Shown one piece after another: positions 24,486-37,512 of a DNA stretch of 64,000 nt. The stretch's first letter is position 1. Each line of letters opens with the position of its first letter. The position numbers and the translations under genes are program-made. This DNA is from Mobula hypostoma. Its lineage: Eukaryota. The stretch is taken from NCBI RefSeq assembly GCF_963921235.1, contig NC_086097.1:210306001-210370000 (forward strand), written 5' to 3'. Under the pieces are notes generated by a model. It was not told where the DNA came from and did not search any database. It was given only the letters and a program-made list of their open reading frames with translations.

Positions 24486-26625
24486 ACGTTCCAAATAAAG
24501 GGTGCCGTCTTGAAAACTGAGATTACCTTGATATAGGACTACCTTGCATTATTATAATGTAAAAACATACACTAAAATAAACCAAGATACATTAAGATTC
24601 AAAACAAATGCTAGAATTCTCATGCATCAGAATGTTTGCCTTGTCAATTCCTTGAGTAAGTTTATCCATAAAAAATGATTGCATTTTGTTTTCAGTTATC
24701 AGTCACTATTAACACAAAAAGCTGAAAGCTGTTAACCCTTTGCAGCCCTGTCTGTTGTTGGAAGTGGTCATATGCACACATCTTATCTTCTGAGGTAAGT
24801 TTCTAATTGATTTTATGCCAGAGTCTTCCTTTCTGCCCAGTTCTGAAGAACAGTCTCAGCCTGAAACATTGTCTATTTATTCGTTTCCATAGATGGTGTT
24901 TGACCTTATTTCCTCCAGTCTTTTGTGTTTATATGGGATATCTGTTAGTTGCATGTAGTGTTCTTTTGCATACTTAATTTTACAACCTAGGAATTAAACT
25001 TAGTATTTATTTATAAAGCTTTTAATTTTTAATGGCATGCTCTGGCATATATTATTTTAACCAGTGGAGTAATGACTGCAGCTGAGAATTAAACATGACA
25101 TGAAATCAAATTTCAGATAGGTGTCTGATCATGTCAATGGAGCTGAGTCATGGCAATTTTTTAAAATGATCTAAGTTGAGATGAGTGGTATTGTTTAGCT
25201 CTAGTTCAAACATTTCAGTTACTGTAAGTTTGAGAGCTTGTTTGTTTGGACTGCTCACACACAAAAGTTTTGTTAGGCAAAATGGAATTACAGATTTGAA
25301 AGATTAAATCTATGAATACTAACTTGTCTATTTGATTTTGGATCCTCGAGGTTTTTATCAGTTTAAAAATCGAAGACAGTGTAAATTATTTACCATAAAA
25401 GCAGAATTAACACCGCTTCCTGTGTAGATAATGCTGAGATGTTAATTATTTCCACTGGCAGCTCTTTCCAACCAGCAGAGAATCTTTAATTGGGGAAAAC
25501 CAGATGAACTTTGTCAAAACCTGCCAGTCGAACAATAAGATGTTTTGAAGTTTTAGAAATGGAAAAACAAAGTCAGACTATCAGGAATACAGTAAACTGC
25601 AATCCACTGCCCAACTGCCCAGACAACCCAGTGGTTTGACTCTGGCTCACCAGGCTGCTGTTCCCAATATTCCCTTTAAACTCACCAGGTTTCCTGTGCA
25701 CCATTTGAATGCTCCTCATTATTAATTACTATACAACAAGAATACAAAAAAAGTGAATTGCAAGTGTTTTGGGGTATGATTAGGAATAACATCAGATACT
25801 CCAGAAAGCCTCCAGCTGGAACCACTAGAGCCCTGAGGGTTCCAGATTAGTTTTATTTTATTGGGATTACATTCAATAATGGATATTCCATTTAGGAAAA
25901 GTGCACCAAAATAAGTAATAACTTCAAAAGTGCAATTGGTTGTAGGCAGACAACAAGCTGCAAAAAAAAACTGAACACTGAGGAATGGGCCTTGGATAGG
26001 CAATTCCTTAACAAAATATCATGAAATACTCACGAGGGAGGGAGTATCAAGTCAAAGGCACTGATGCACGTACCATAGAGGGGCCAATTTTGAAACCGGT
26101 TAGATCGGCACCTAACCGTACACAGGTTTGTCGGCAACAAGCCCCATGCTGAGACAAATTATACTGGCCAAATTAATATTCACAAAAGTACCTGACACCA
26201 TTAAATGTACTAGTGTACACATACATATGCTTTACAAGAGCAAGAGGAATATTACAGATGAGTAATTATAGGGTTTCTACTGTCGTAGGTAAAAGGATCA
26301 CTGGAACAGTCAACTTAGGGGATGGTGGACCGCACGAGGGGTAATAAATCAATGGGAAAAGTAACCAGGGCTAACCTCACACAGACCTATTGCATTCCTC
26401 CAGATTACAGCATGTGCGGTCTCTTACATAACCAAGTTGTGCGACTGGGCAATCTGATGGGAGCAGATTTGCAAAATTACTTTGGCAGCTGTCATTCAGT
26501 GACTCCAAGGACAAGGTGATGATAGGGTGAATGATGCATGTTGAATTTTCTACAACCCTATGGGTGAGACGCATGAAATGGAATTAGCACATAGCCACCA
26601 ATGTGACAGAGTTCAGCTTAAGAAA

Positions 26626-26745
26626 CTACGAGACAGGTATATGGAGGAATTTAAGGTGGGGGGTTATATGGGAGGCAGGGTTTGAGGGTCAGCACAATAT
26701 TGTGGGCTGATGGGCCTGTACTGTGCTGTACTGTTCTATGTTCTT
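26626..26745 (+). mobile_element. Short CR1 3' end
   Basis: Nearly identical to 19097-19190 (ATGGAGGAATTTAAGGTGGGGGGTTATATGGGAGGCAGGGTTTGAGGG...). Confidence 0.85.
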
Positions 26746-29700
26746 ATCCCCAGAGGTGATGGACGATGAACTCATGTCTTAAAATTAGTTATGTAGGAGA
26801 TTAGGTGTACTCTTGGACCATTTGCTATGTTGTCATAGGTAGGTAATTGTAAATGATCAATCCAATTGCCTCATTACAAGACAAGCCCAAAGCAAGGTAG
26901 CATTCCAGGAAGCAAGACCACATGAGAATGCAAGAAAAATTACCTGTAATTAACTAACTTGTAGGGGGCTACCCAAATGGTAATGATAGGGTAGCTGCAA
27001 AGTACCAAAAGACACCATGCATAGCATTCATTGCCTCCTAAAGGGCCATGGGAGTGAGTAGTTATCAGTTCTGCCATCTAGCTAAAATGGAATTTGATGA
27101 ACATTGTGACCTCAACAAGTATTGGGCAATCTCTAGCAAATGTGAGGTCACCAAGACAGGGCTTGCATGGTGAAAACAGTTTATCCGGGTTAAAATTCAT
27201 CCACAATTTTCTCTCCATGTTGCCTTAAGTAAAATTCTTATCTTTTTCCAAACTATCTTATTCTTTATTCTGGAGACCGGACCAGCAACTTCACCTCTTA
27301 CTTTTTCAAAGCTGTTGAACTGACCCCCACCTACTATTTAGTTTAAAGCCCCATCCACAGGTCTACTTACGTAATTTGCCAGGACCCTGGTGCCAGCATA
27401 GTACAAGTACAGCCCATCTTATTGCAACAGATCCCTCCTCCTTCAATACTAGTGAAATGTCCCACAAATTCAAACCCATTTCTCCCACACCAATCTTTAA
27501 GACATCTTAACTCTCTGCTCTTAAACAAGATTGCCCTCCTTGTGCAAGTCTCGTGCAGGTAACTTGACTAATAGAAAAATATGAAGTACAACACATCCTG
27601 AAGGGCACATATATCACACAGTCTGTAGAAATACTGCTAATGTGGAATGTGCATCTATTGCCTAGGAAGAGGGTTTCCTCTACGTGATTCCACATTCCAA
27701 GTGTGCCGGTTGGCAAGTTAATTGGCCACAGTAAATTATACCTGGTGTGTAATTAAGTGGAGAATCCATGGGGAAAGGAAATTGATGGGAAAGATGGAAG
27801 GTGAAAAGGGCAAGGGGAGGGCAAAGCCCCCATCAAAAATGGGGGTTTGATGGCCAGCCTGGACTCAGTAGGCTAAAGAAGCTATTTCTGTGCAAATCTC
27901 TGCGTGACTAAGTGGTAACACAGCCAGTTAAGTTGCATCCCAAGTCCAAGGATGAAATAAGGATAACAGGAGTTTAAGAGTAGAGCCAGAATAGTACCCA
28001 CTATGGATTCAGGGAAATCCAGTATTTATGTAGATCCATTATGGACAATCTGGTACATCCTCTCCATGACCTACTGAATAAACAACAGAGCACCCTTTCG
28101 AATAGGCTCATTCAACTCTGCTGTCACAAGGGTCATTACAGAAAATCTTTCCAACTGCAATTCGCATATACAACAGTTTATGCCTGTGCGATAGGAGAAC
28201 ACACATCATAGTACAATAGTCTGTTTTATCTCATACATTATTGCAAATTATTACACATTGGTAAATTGTGCATATTCTGTACTTTATTAGTCAAGTCTGC
28301 ACATTGCTACGTGTGTTTTTAGATGTTGCTGGTGTAACGAAAGAATTTCCCACGCAGGATCAATAAAGTATTTATTATTATTCGATCCAAATCACATTTG
28401 ATGCTCTGGTCATACAAATTGTACCGGTGCTGTTTTCAAGAACAGTTAGCTGTCCTTTCTGCAAATGTAGCCATGAGAATGTGAAAGTTAAACAAAATAC
28501 TAAAGGCATTGCTGTATATTAAGAGTATTAATTAGCACCTCAGACTTCCAAATGGAACTAAACTCAATACAAGATATTTTAGCTTAGTAATAGTTTCCTT
28601 GGATCAAGGGTTACTGCAGTAGGCCAGCTGAAAACTGGGATGTGGTACATAAGGTTAGACAGAACATCTCTAGGAACCACAAGTTTGCAGTTGCCTTTAA
28701 GAGATGTGGTTGGTATCAAACATTAAGTTAAGGGATGCATTGTGAAACCACTCATACTGACCCGAGGCAGGACTCTCCATGATAAGACACCTGGAAAATA
28801 ATATTGTACTGGACAAGTTTTAAATGAAATCAGTGCCTGTTCATTGTTATAATTTTTCCATCTTTCAAATGTTTTTTAATATATACACAACATATTGACT
28901 GAATCTGTTAGGTAATGATATCCCTTTCCCTTATGCAGGCAAACAACTGATCAAATACACTTCTGTTTAACCAGAATAGACTAGTGAGTGTGACTCTTTT
29001 GATCCACAACACTAGTGTGCAGGTTCAACATGCAATTTAGCCATCCAACAGAACTTTGTTTATTGTAAAGGTTCTGAACCCAAATTTGCACTTCAATGGT
29101 CTTTAAGCCATTATTCGAGACTAAATAATGATTTAATTCCTCTTTTTGCAGTATCCGAAGTGATTAATGTAGACTTCGTGTGAACATTGACTGTTCCAAA
29201 ATTGGGTATGATGAGCAAGTAGGTAGTGAGGTGCTGTGTCCCTGCCATTTATGCAAGGCGTATGTGTGTGTGCGCTCTCAATACCACCCCAAGTAGCTCC
29301 TCTGCACAGTCATAGGCCATTTGACTGGAAAGACCTGTAACTGCACTGTTTTACTGCAAGGAAAAAGGTTAGTTTAGGCTTACACTTGGGGCAAGTTTAA
29401 AAGTGATTAGAGATTTGAATACAACAAGCAAGTCTTTGGAACAGTCCAGACAGGGCATAAATGGAGAAATTGCTTCATTTTGTGGGAGATTCGGGAGGGT
29501 GGGCTGGGGGCAGAACTGGGGGGGGGGCACCATTTAAGATGAACCGAAAACTTGAGGATCGTACATCTTTGGAACTCTTCCTAAAACACCAGTGGACACC
29601 AGGTTTCTGATTTTTCTCATCAAAAGAGACAAGGTTCTTAATAAGGGGATGAAAAGTAACAGCTCAGCCGTGACCTTATTGAATGGCAGACAAATCTAGG

Positions 29701-30165
29701 AGGCTTCTCATTTCTAAATTTGTGGGTTCACAGGCTACTTTTCAGATCTCTTCTGCTATCTATATTCAATATTCTTTAATATATTCAGAACTCTAAAACT
29801 AATTTCTCTCATTTTAACCTTTACATCTTTAATAATCTAAATTCTCTCTGAATGCGGCTCCTTCACTTACTATTGGAATGTGTCCACTTAACAGCACAAG
29901 TATTGCCGCAAAGATCTCTTGTTCACGTGCAATTTAGCTTAATCATTTTTGAATCAAAATCTGTTCAGAACCCTTATTAACTCAAATACTAAAAGCACTT
30001 TGTTGATACTCTTCATTATCCCTCATACTTGATGCTCAACCAGATTAGTAGCATCCTCCAAACAGCCCAACTGAGATATTCACCTTGACCTAACAGTTCA
30101 AAATAATTTGCATCTAAAAACTGCATACTAAGCCCACGTTGACAAAAGATGGGCATCATATTTAC

Positions 30166-30288
30166 CTTCTTTGTACTTCACTGTTTAAAAATAGTTCAAA
30201 TTTCCAGCTTCTCGTATAGCATCCTCAGCCAGTTTCACCAATTCTTCTAGGTTGTGAGCAGAATTGGCCGTGTCCCATTTTTGACGGC
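30166..30288 (-). other. PLAG1: PLAG1 non-coding 5'UTR exon (likely homolog of human exon 3)
   Basis: Acceptor CTTTTTTTTTAG|GCCGTC and donor AAG|GTAAAT. AAAATGGGA...GAAGA...ACTGGCT resembles the human PLAG1 exon as I recall it. Confidence 0.75.
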
Positions 30289-32479
30289 CTAAAAAAAAAG
30301 TACGAAGTCATCTTCAGATAAACTTTGTATCAACACATCCTCATTCACTTAATTATTGCTAGGAATATTAAATTCAACTTGAGAAATCGGATGCAAGCTA
30401 TTACATTATAAGATGCTGACAATTTCATTTTCAGGAGGAGAGGTTTTGCTATTTAGAAACATACCAAATTAGTAGTAAGGGTGAAATGTACAAATTCTGG
30501 CAAAACTCCTAATAGAAAATGCATGAATGATACAATTCAAACTACTCTTACAGTCCATCCGAGAATTTACTCAGACAAGATTTCAGGTTTACATATTTAG
30601 GAAAGTCTGGTCAGAATAAGTTGCTGTATGATTTAATGGATGATAAATTGTGGTCGGTGAAACATGGCTGCTTATACAATACAGCAATTTTATTTATTTA
30701 AATTACTTTAAATATTGCTTAGAATACATTTATGCTATAACAGGTTTTAAATGGCAATGACCATTTTGCTTAATACCCTGAGATGTTAATGGACTATAAA
30801 AAAATATGGTTTTTAGTATAAAAGAGTCCAAATGCTGTAAAGTGAACAAATAGCAAAGAACAAATGACTTTGGTTAATACTATTGCTAGGCTCAGTTGAC
30901 TATTCTGTATCAAAAAACATTAAGAAACAAATCCCATGGATTTGTTAAAAAGCTACAATTTCTCCACTTATAACATTTAATTGTCCACAGCAATTTATAA
31001 CATACTACTATCCCAAAGCATTCCAGCTACCCATCAAGTCAGTTCTAATGTACTGAAACACCAACCTCAACAAAAATTTGTAACTATAGCATGAATAAGT
31101 CTCTTCCCTGTTGGAAAATATGGATTTTTGATATTTTGAAGTCTATTGAACACCAAATGCTCCTGAACATATTTCGATAAACCAAATCAGATTATACAAC
31201 TTTACTCTTGGATATTACTGGGTCTTAGTGTGATGTTAACTGAAGAAATACTCTGGCCAATAATCAAAAAGCTTTGTTGAACATTGAATATCCAAGTTTC
31301 TTACCCTAGATTTGACTTCTAGCATTTCAGATTATTTTTCTAGTCAAGCCCAAATTCTTACTTCCGAGTTTTATTCATAGCTTGATTTGTGGGTAAACTA
31401 ATCTGCTCAGGAAACACGCAGCAACCCATCAGATTTTTTTTTTAAAAAAAATGATGGACATTAGACATCCTGATGTTAACTAAAATTAAGAACATGGTAA
31501 ATTTATAAGAGTTATACATTTACTTTGTAAAGACTATTTGATTTGTGGAATAAATACCAAACTAAACTCATTGATATCAGTATTTATAATCTTAAATTGT
31601 TTGTTACAGGTTTGAAATTTAATATTTTTACTCTCAGTTCACATATTGGACACAAATTTTCAGTTTTTAAAATTGAATGATTTAATCACAGAAAACAGTA
31701 AATAGGATTATGAATGACCCAGAATTTGTGTAATGAAGAAATAACCAGTAAACCAGGCCATGAAAACCTGATAGTTTCAGAATTTCTGTGCACAAGTAGA
31801 ACATCAAAATCAATTATTTTTGCAGCCTTCAATGAAAGAGGAAAACTACTTGCATTGAAGTGACAATGAAATCAATCCTGCTAAAAGTGATTTAGTAAGC
31901 TGGTGTTTAACATGATCTTAGCATTAAACTTCAAAACAGAAATTAGTTTTTGCTTACTTATTTACATGATTGCTCAACTGTACACATCTGTAGATTTAGT
32001 CCCATACTGATGGCTGATGAGTGTGTCTATTATGTGATTACCTAAACTGATATTTCATCTGTTATAATATACTTCAAATCTTTAATTTTGTATTCCAAAA
32101 TGTATCCAGTTTTCCTTTGACAGACAGTGATATCTTTAATGCAATTAGTAAACTTGTAAGACGACAAAGCAGCTGCATACCAGATATGACTTTGAAAATT
32201 GATATCTAATTTTCTGAAACTGGAAAAGTCTTCAATCTGGCCCAATTTCTTGCTACATAAACTCAAAACTAGAAGACTGAAACACCAAATACAAATCATT
32301 TATAGCACTATTCAAATTTACATTAGCCTGCAATTTTTAAACTAAAGCTTTGTACATCTGATCTGCAGAAATGGATTGAAAACATTTAGTTTATTTCTTA
32401 CTAAACAATTTTTGTTGAACACCAAATGAGAACAATGCATTTTTAGTGATGCTACCGTAACATTTCATTTTCATTTAAA

Positions 32480-33770
32480 AAATCTTTTTATTAATACATA
32501 ATTTTCTACAGCTATAAAATACAGAAATTCAACAAATTAGTGTATATATATATAATAAAGCTGAAGAAAAACATATGCTAATGAAAAAAAAATTTTTTAT
32601 AAAAGAAAAAAGGAAAAAAGAGAAACCCAGCTAACTTAAAAAAAACCCACCAACTATAAAACAAAAAAAAAAGAAAAATCCATTAGGAAACAACTCCCGG
32701 AGCAATACATCTTACAATTAATTATATAATCAGATTAATACATCAGTTGTATCAGATTAATATATATAAATAAACAAAAGAAAAAGAAAACAACCACCAA
32801 ATCACATTTATATTACATAAAATTGGAAGGAAACCATGTAAATTGATTCAAATTAAATGATAATATTTAGCAAAAGAGCCCCACCTTCTCTCAAAATCAA
32901 ATCGGGGATCAAAAGTTCTACTTCTAATTTTTTCCCAAACTAAGACATAATATTACTTGGAAAAACCATTGAGTTAGTGTAGGAGCAGAGGTATCTTTCC
33001 ACTTCGATAAAATAGTTCTTCTTGCCAACAATGTAACGAATGCAATTACATGTTGGTTTGAAAATGAAATACCCTGAATATGATGCGGAACTATTCCAAA
33101 TAGAACAGTCAATGTATTAGGTTGTAAATTAATTTTCAAAGCTTTAGAAATTGTAGAAAATAAAGATTTTCAAAAAGATTTCAACGAGGGACATGATCAG
33201 AATATATGTGACAAAGTAGCTACTTCATTTTTGCACCTATCACAATAATTATCTATATTAAGGAATATTTTGGATAGCCTCTTCTCTGTTAAATAATAGC
33301 GATGAACTATTTTAAACTGAATTAAACAATGATTGGCACATATCGAAGAAGAATTAACCATTTTCAGAACTCACGACCAATCTTCATTAACAAAAGTCAT
33401 ATTAAGTTCTCTCTCCCAATCTTGTTTAACCTTCAGTGAGAGGTTATCTTTTTGAAGTAAAAATAAATTTAAAATTCTACCAATGGAGCCTCTCACTAAG
33501 GGATTCATGTTCAAAATAGTGTCCAACAAATCAGATTCTTGCATATATGGAAATGTAGAAACATTTTTGTAAAAATTGTCTAACCTGTAAATATTGCAAG
33601 AAATGTGTGTGAGAGAATATTTACTCTTCGAAAGACATCAATTGACCATCACTAAATAAATCTGCAAAAAAACAAATCCCCTTATTTCTCAATAAAAGAA
33701 AGATGGGATCAGTAATTGAAGGTTTAAATAGCAAATTTCGAAATACAGGACTAGACAATAGAAATAGAAA
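32480..33770 (-). mobile_element. L1-clade LINE 3' fragment (ORF2 C-terminal cysteine-rich region + T-rich 3'UTR)
   Basis: Minus strand ...INLQPNTLTVLFG...LLARRTILSKWK...PTLTQW, typical of fish L1 ORF2 ends; A-rich 3'UTR on the plus strand at 32480-32830. Confidence 0.8.
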
Positions 33771-33878
33771 CAATCCAAGTTGTATCAGATTAATTTCCTG
33801 CTTCATAAAAGGTCATATTTTATCCTATAACATTAAGCATTCACTTAAAATTGTGCTGTTGTTAAAACTGCACCAATA

Positions 33879-35315
33879 ATTAAGAGACATCAATGCAGCT
33901 TGTGTATTAAAGACAGGCAGTATTCATTAAACAAATTTACTGTTGAGTTGTGAATGTGAGTTACATTGTACAATAAGCCTGATGAGTCACGTGGCAAAAA
34001 TTATTCTCAGAGTAATCATGATGAGAGCAAGACGATGTATTAAAACCAGAAATCAGTAAGGAACAATGCGGCTTTGTGGAAAACACTGGAACCAGAAATG
34101 CAATTTTCATGCTACGGATGATCAGTGAACGAGCCATCCAGGTACAAAAAGACATCTACCCATGTTTCATCGACTATACAAAAGCTTTTGACACAGTCAG
34201 ACAGCAAGATATTCTGGAAATGCTTTAAGATCTTGACATACATGGGAAAGATGTACGTTTCTTAAGAAACTTGTACTGGGACTAGACAGCATCCATCAGA
34301 ATAGAAGTGAGTGAGTATGTGAATATCATGACAGGAGTCAGGCAAGGTTGTGTCTTTTCACCAGACTTATTCAACCTGTATAGTGAAATATCTTAAGTAT
34401 CAAAGACATCAAAGGATTCACAATTGGAGGCTGTAATATAAATAACATCAGATATGCTGATGACATCATACTAATAGCAGACTCAGAAACAAAACTTCAA
34501 GAACTACTCACTATAGTGGCAGCAGAAAGTAATCGCAGAGGCCTCTCAATCAACACCAAGACGACAGAAAGCATGGTCATCTCCAGAAAGACAAACATCC
34601 CACAATGTGTGATCAAGATCGGAAATACAAACATCAAACAAGTCAACAAATTCAGATATCTTGGCAGCCTAATAACAAGTAATGGCAGGTGCAACACAGA
34701 TATCAAATACAGAATAGCAATGGTGAAAGAAGCTTTCCAAAAAATGAAGACCATATTAACAGACAGAAAGATGAGCATGTACACTAAAAACAGAATACTG
34801 CAGTCCTACATTTATTCTATCCTGACTTATGGAAGTGAATGCTGGACCATTTCACCAGCAATGGAAAAGAGACTAGAAGCAGCTGAATTATGGCTCTATA
34901 GGAGAATGTTAAAAATATCACGGACCACACACACACACATCAAATGAAGAAGTTCTCAGAACAGCCCAAGCAGTTCGATCACTCATACCAACAGTAAGAG
35001 AAAGACAACTCAGATTCCTAGGACACATCATGCAGAAAGATGAGCTAGAAAAACTCATGCTCTCTGGAAAGATCGAGGGGAGCAAACCTAGAGGAAGACC
35101 TCGGCTTATGTACATCAAAAGCCTAGCCAGGTGGCTACACATCAAGGAAATGGAAGTCATCCAAAGAACGAAGGATAGATCGATATGGAAAACCATGGTC
35201 ACCAACGTCCACATCAGATATGGCACCTAGACAGACAGACTGTCGAGCCTTTCAGTTTCAGGGGTAATGAATATTATCCACCTCTAATACACAAGCTGCA
35301 TTGATATCTCTTAAT
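33879..35315. repeat. Palindromic Eulor3-like element; arms 33879-33929 and 35265-35315 separated by an RTE insertion
   Basis: ATTAAGAGACATCAATGCAGCTTGTGTATTA...TATTCATTA versus the reverse complement of the right arm: 30/31 identity over the outer part plus a 9/9 inner block. Confidence 0.7.
33948..35238 (+). mobile_element. 5'-truncated RTE LINE (RT, inactivated)
   Basis: ISLMSHVAK, CFIDYTKAFD, GVRQGCVFSP and RYADD motifs; (GACA)n tail; TSD ACTGTTGAG 33939-33947 / ACTGTCGAG 35239-35247. Confidence 0.9.
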
Positions 35316-35635
35316 AGTCAAATTCTATCCCCCCCCAAAAAAAAAAGGAATTATGGCCTTTTCAAATTTATTGATCTCTCCTTTGGGCAGTATTTGTTGA
35401 AGTGGTTGTTACCATCAAAACAAATTTGGTTAAGCCCCTGCAATGCATTTTTGAACAACCATACCACTAGTTAATAATCAACTCCATAACAGACACTGAT
35501 TAAGAAATTCTTATTTCGGACAACAGTACAGTTAAAGAATTGTTGGAAGTTCAGCTAATGTTAAATCACCTTTTTAAAAAGTTGAAGAGGCACAGATTAG
35601 GAACAAAGACATTTGGCACAATCTATGCCCTACTC

Positions 35636-35831
35636 TCACAAAAAATGCTGGTGAACGCAGCAGGCCAAACAGCATCTATACGAAGAGGTACAGTCCACGT
35701 TTCGGGCTGAGATCCTTCGTCAGGACATGAACGTCGACTGTACCCCTTCCTATAGGTGCTGCCTGGCCTGCTGCGTTCACCAGCATTTCTTGTGCGTTGC
35801 TTGAATTTCCAGCATCTGCAGATTTCCTTGT
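35636..35831. repeat. Penelope-derived hairpin element with hammerhead-like core
   Basis: Long inverted arms AAATGCTGGTGAACGCAGCAGGCCA / TGGCCTGCTGCGTTCACCAGCATTT; minus strand CTGACGAAGGATCTCAGCCCGAAACG. Confidence 0.75.
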
Positions 35832-35944
35832 CTATGCTCTGCTCTTGTAGTATTGCAAGAGTGTTGATGCAGAAAAGCTCACGATCACTTATGGGAAGAT
35901 GATGACTTGAGCTGAATAGGATAGCACATACTACTCATGATTAC

Positions 35945-36032
35945 CTGCCTCTTGACAAGCCACTCTATTGCTGTAAATTAATAAGGGCTGTTTACAAGTT
36001 TGTATGGAACTAGACATTAGAAAAACTTGGCA
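35945..36032 (-). other. PLAG1: Candidate PLAG1 5'UTR exon (possible exon 2 homolog; alternative upstream acceptor at 36272)
   Basis: Acceptor CTATTTTCTGCTTTTCAG|TGCC and donor CAG|GTAATC. It lies between exon 1 and the exon-3 homolog. There is no transcript evidence. Confidence 0.4.
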
Positions 36033-37124
36033 CTGAAAAGCAGAAAATAGGCAATCCAAGAATCCACTGAACGCATATGGTGATATCACAAAGTCACATG
36101 ATTGCAATTGCCTTCTCTTTTGTGAAGATTCTGATTGGGTTTGTTTGCACCCACAAGATTTCCCCCTTAGGAACACCAGCACAGCTGAAACCAAAAGACC
36201 AGCGGTCAAAATAATCCTGTGGAGGAAGTTCTCCATCTTGTTGTGTGTCAAGAACCAGCAAGTCAAATTTACCTAAAAACAATTGACCCATTTTACAATT
36301 AAGAAATTCATTTAAAAAAGTAGTGAAGTAGCAACTTTGTTCATAGGAACAGATGCATGAAGCATGACAAGTTAAATTCAATCTAGGAAGGACTTTCTGA
36401 AGGTTGTAGAGGCAATTTATAATAAATTGTGTTTTGCTGGCAACTAAAAACATTGTAAAGGATAGATTTGTACATTGCATTCCAACAGCGATCTAATTTC
36501 AATTGCTTTAATAAAAATCAGTTCTCAGTAAGGCTTTCAGCTGAATTAAAGCACAAGTCAAACAGAGGGAAGAGCTTTAGAGGAGACAAAATAGCCAGAT
36601 TGGTAACTGAATGGATGCACCTTGATTTGTATTGAACGACAGGCAGCTTTTTGGAAGAAACACAGCTTAGTAGCAGTAATGCTTTTTAAGTATACAAGCA
36701 TAGAAGGCTGGATAGCTATGTTGGCCCAACAAGTCTAACAGCCAGTTAAATTGTCCTACTTGTTTGCTAACTTTGCAAAAGTTTCATGATTTTCAAAATA
36801 CAAATCACTTTCCGATGTTATTATTGCATCAATTTCACTTTCTTGGTGTTTTATATAATGCAAAATATTTCAAATCTTTCCTGAAATTTTGTCCACGTTT
36901 GACCCATTGACTAACAGACCCCACTACCACAAAATGCCTCAATTTGGAGCATCCTAATAAGAGTCCCTCCTTGGTACTGATAAGATCCAGTGTCCAGGGA
37001 AAAAAGAAATTCTCTTAATATCCCCTGGATCTTATCAACATTGGAAACCATTACTGAGCATCACCCTTCAATTTTTGACTTCAAGGTGGCAAAACATTGC
37101 ATCAACTTGAAACACTGCAGGTAG

Positions 37125-37512
37125 AACACAAGACATAGGATCAGAATTAGGCCATTTACCCATCCAGTTAGCTCCACCAATCAGCTCCAAGATCATAGCC
37201 GATTTTCCCTGAACTTGTGTCTCCTGACTTCTCCCCATACTCTTTGATGCCCTTACTAATCAAGAACATTGTTTTAAATATACAAAATGACTTTGCCTCC
37301 ACAGCCATCTGTGAAAATGAATTCAACAGATTCACCACCCTCTGGCTAAAGAAATTTCTCATCTGTTCTAAAGGGACGACCTTCTATTCTAAGAATGTGC
37401 CCCACTATTGGAAACATCCTCTCCATGGCCACCATCTAGGCCTTTCAATATTTGCTAGGTTTCAATGAGACCACACCCCTCCCCCACCATTCTTCTAAAC
37501 TCGAGTACAGGC
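37125..37512 (-). mobile_element. CR1 3' fragment
   Basis: RNFFSQRVVNLLNS...AVEAKS motif. Confidence 0.8.
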
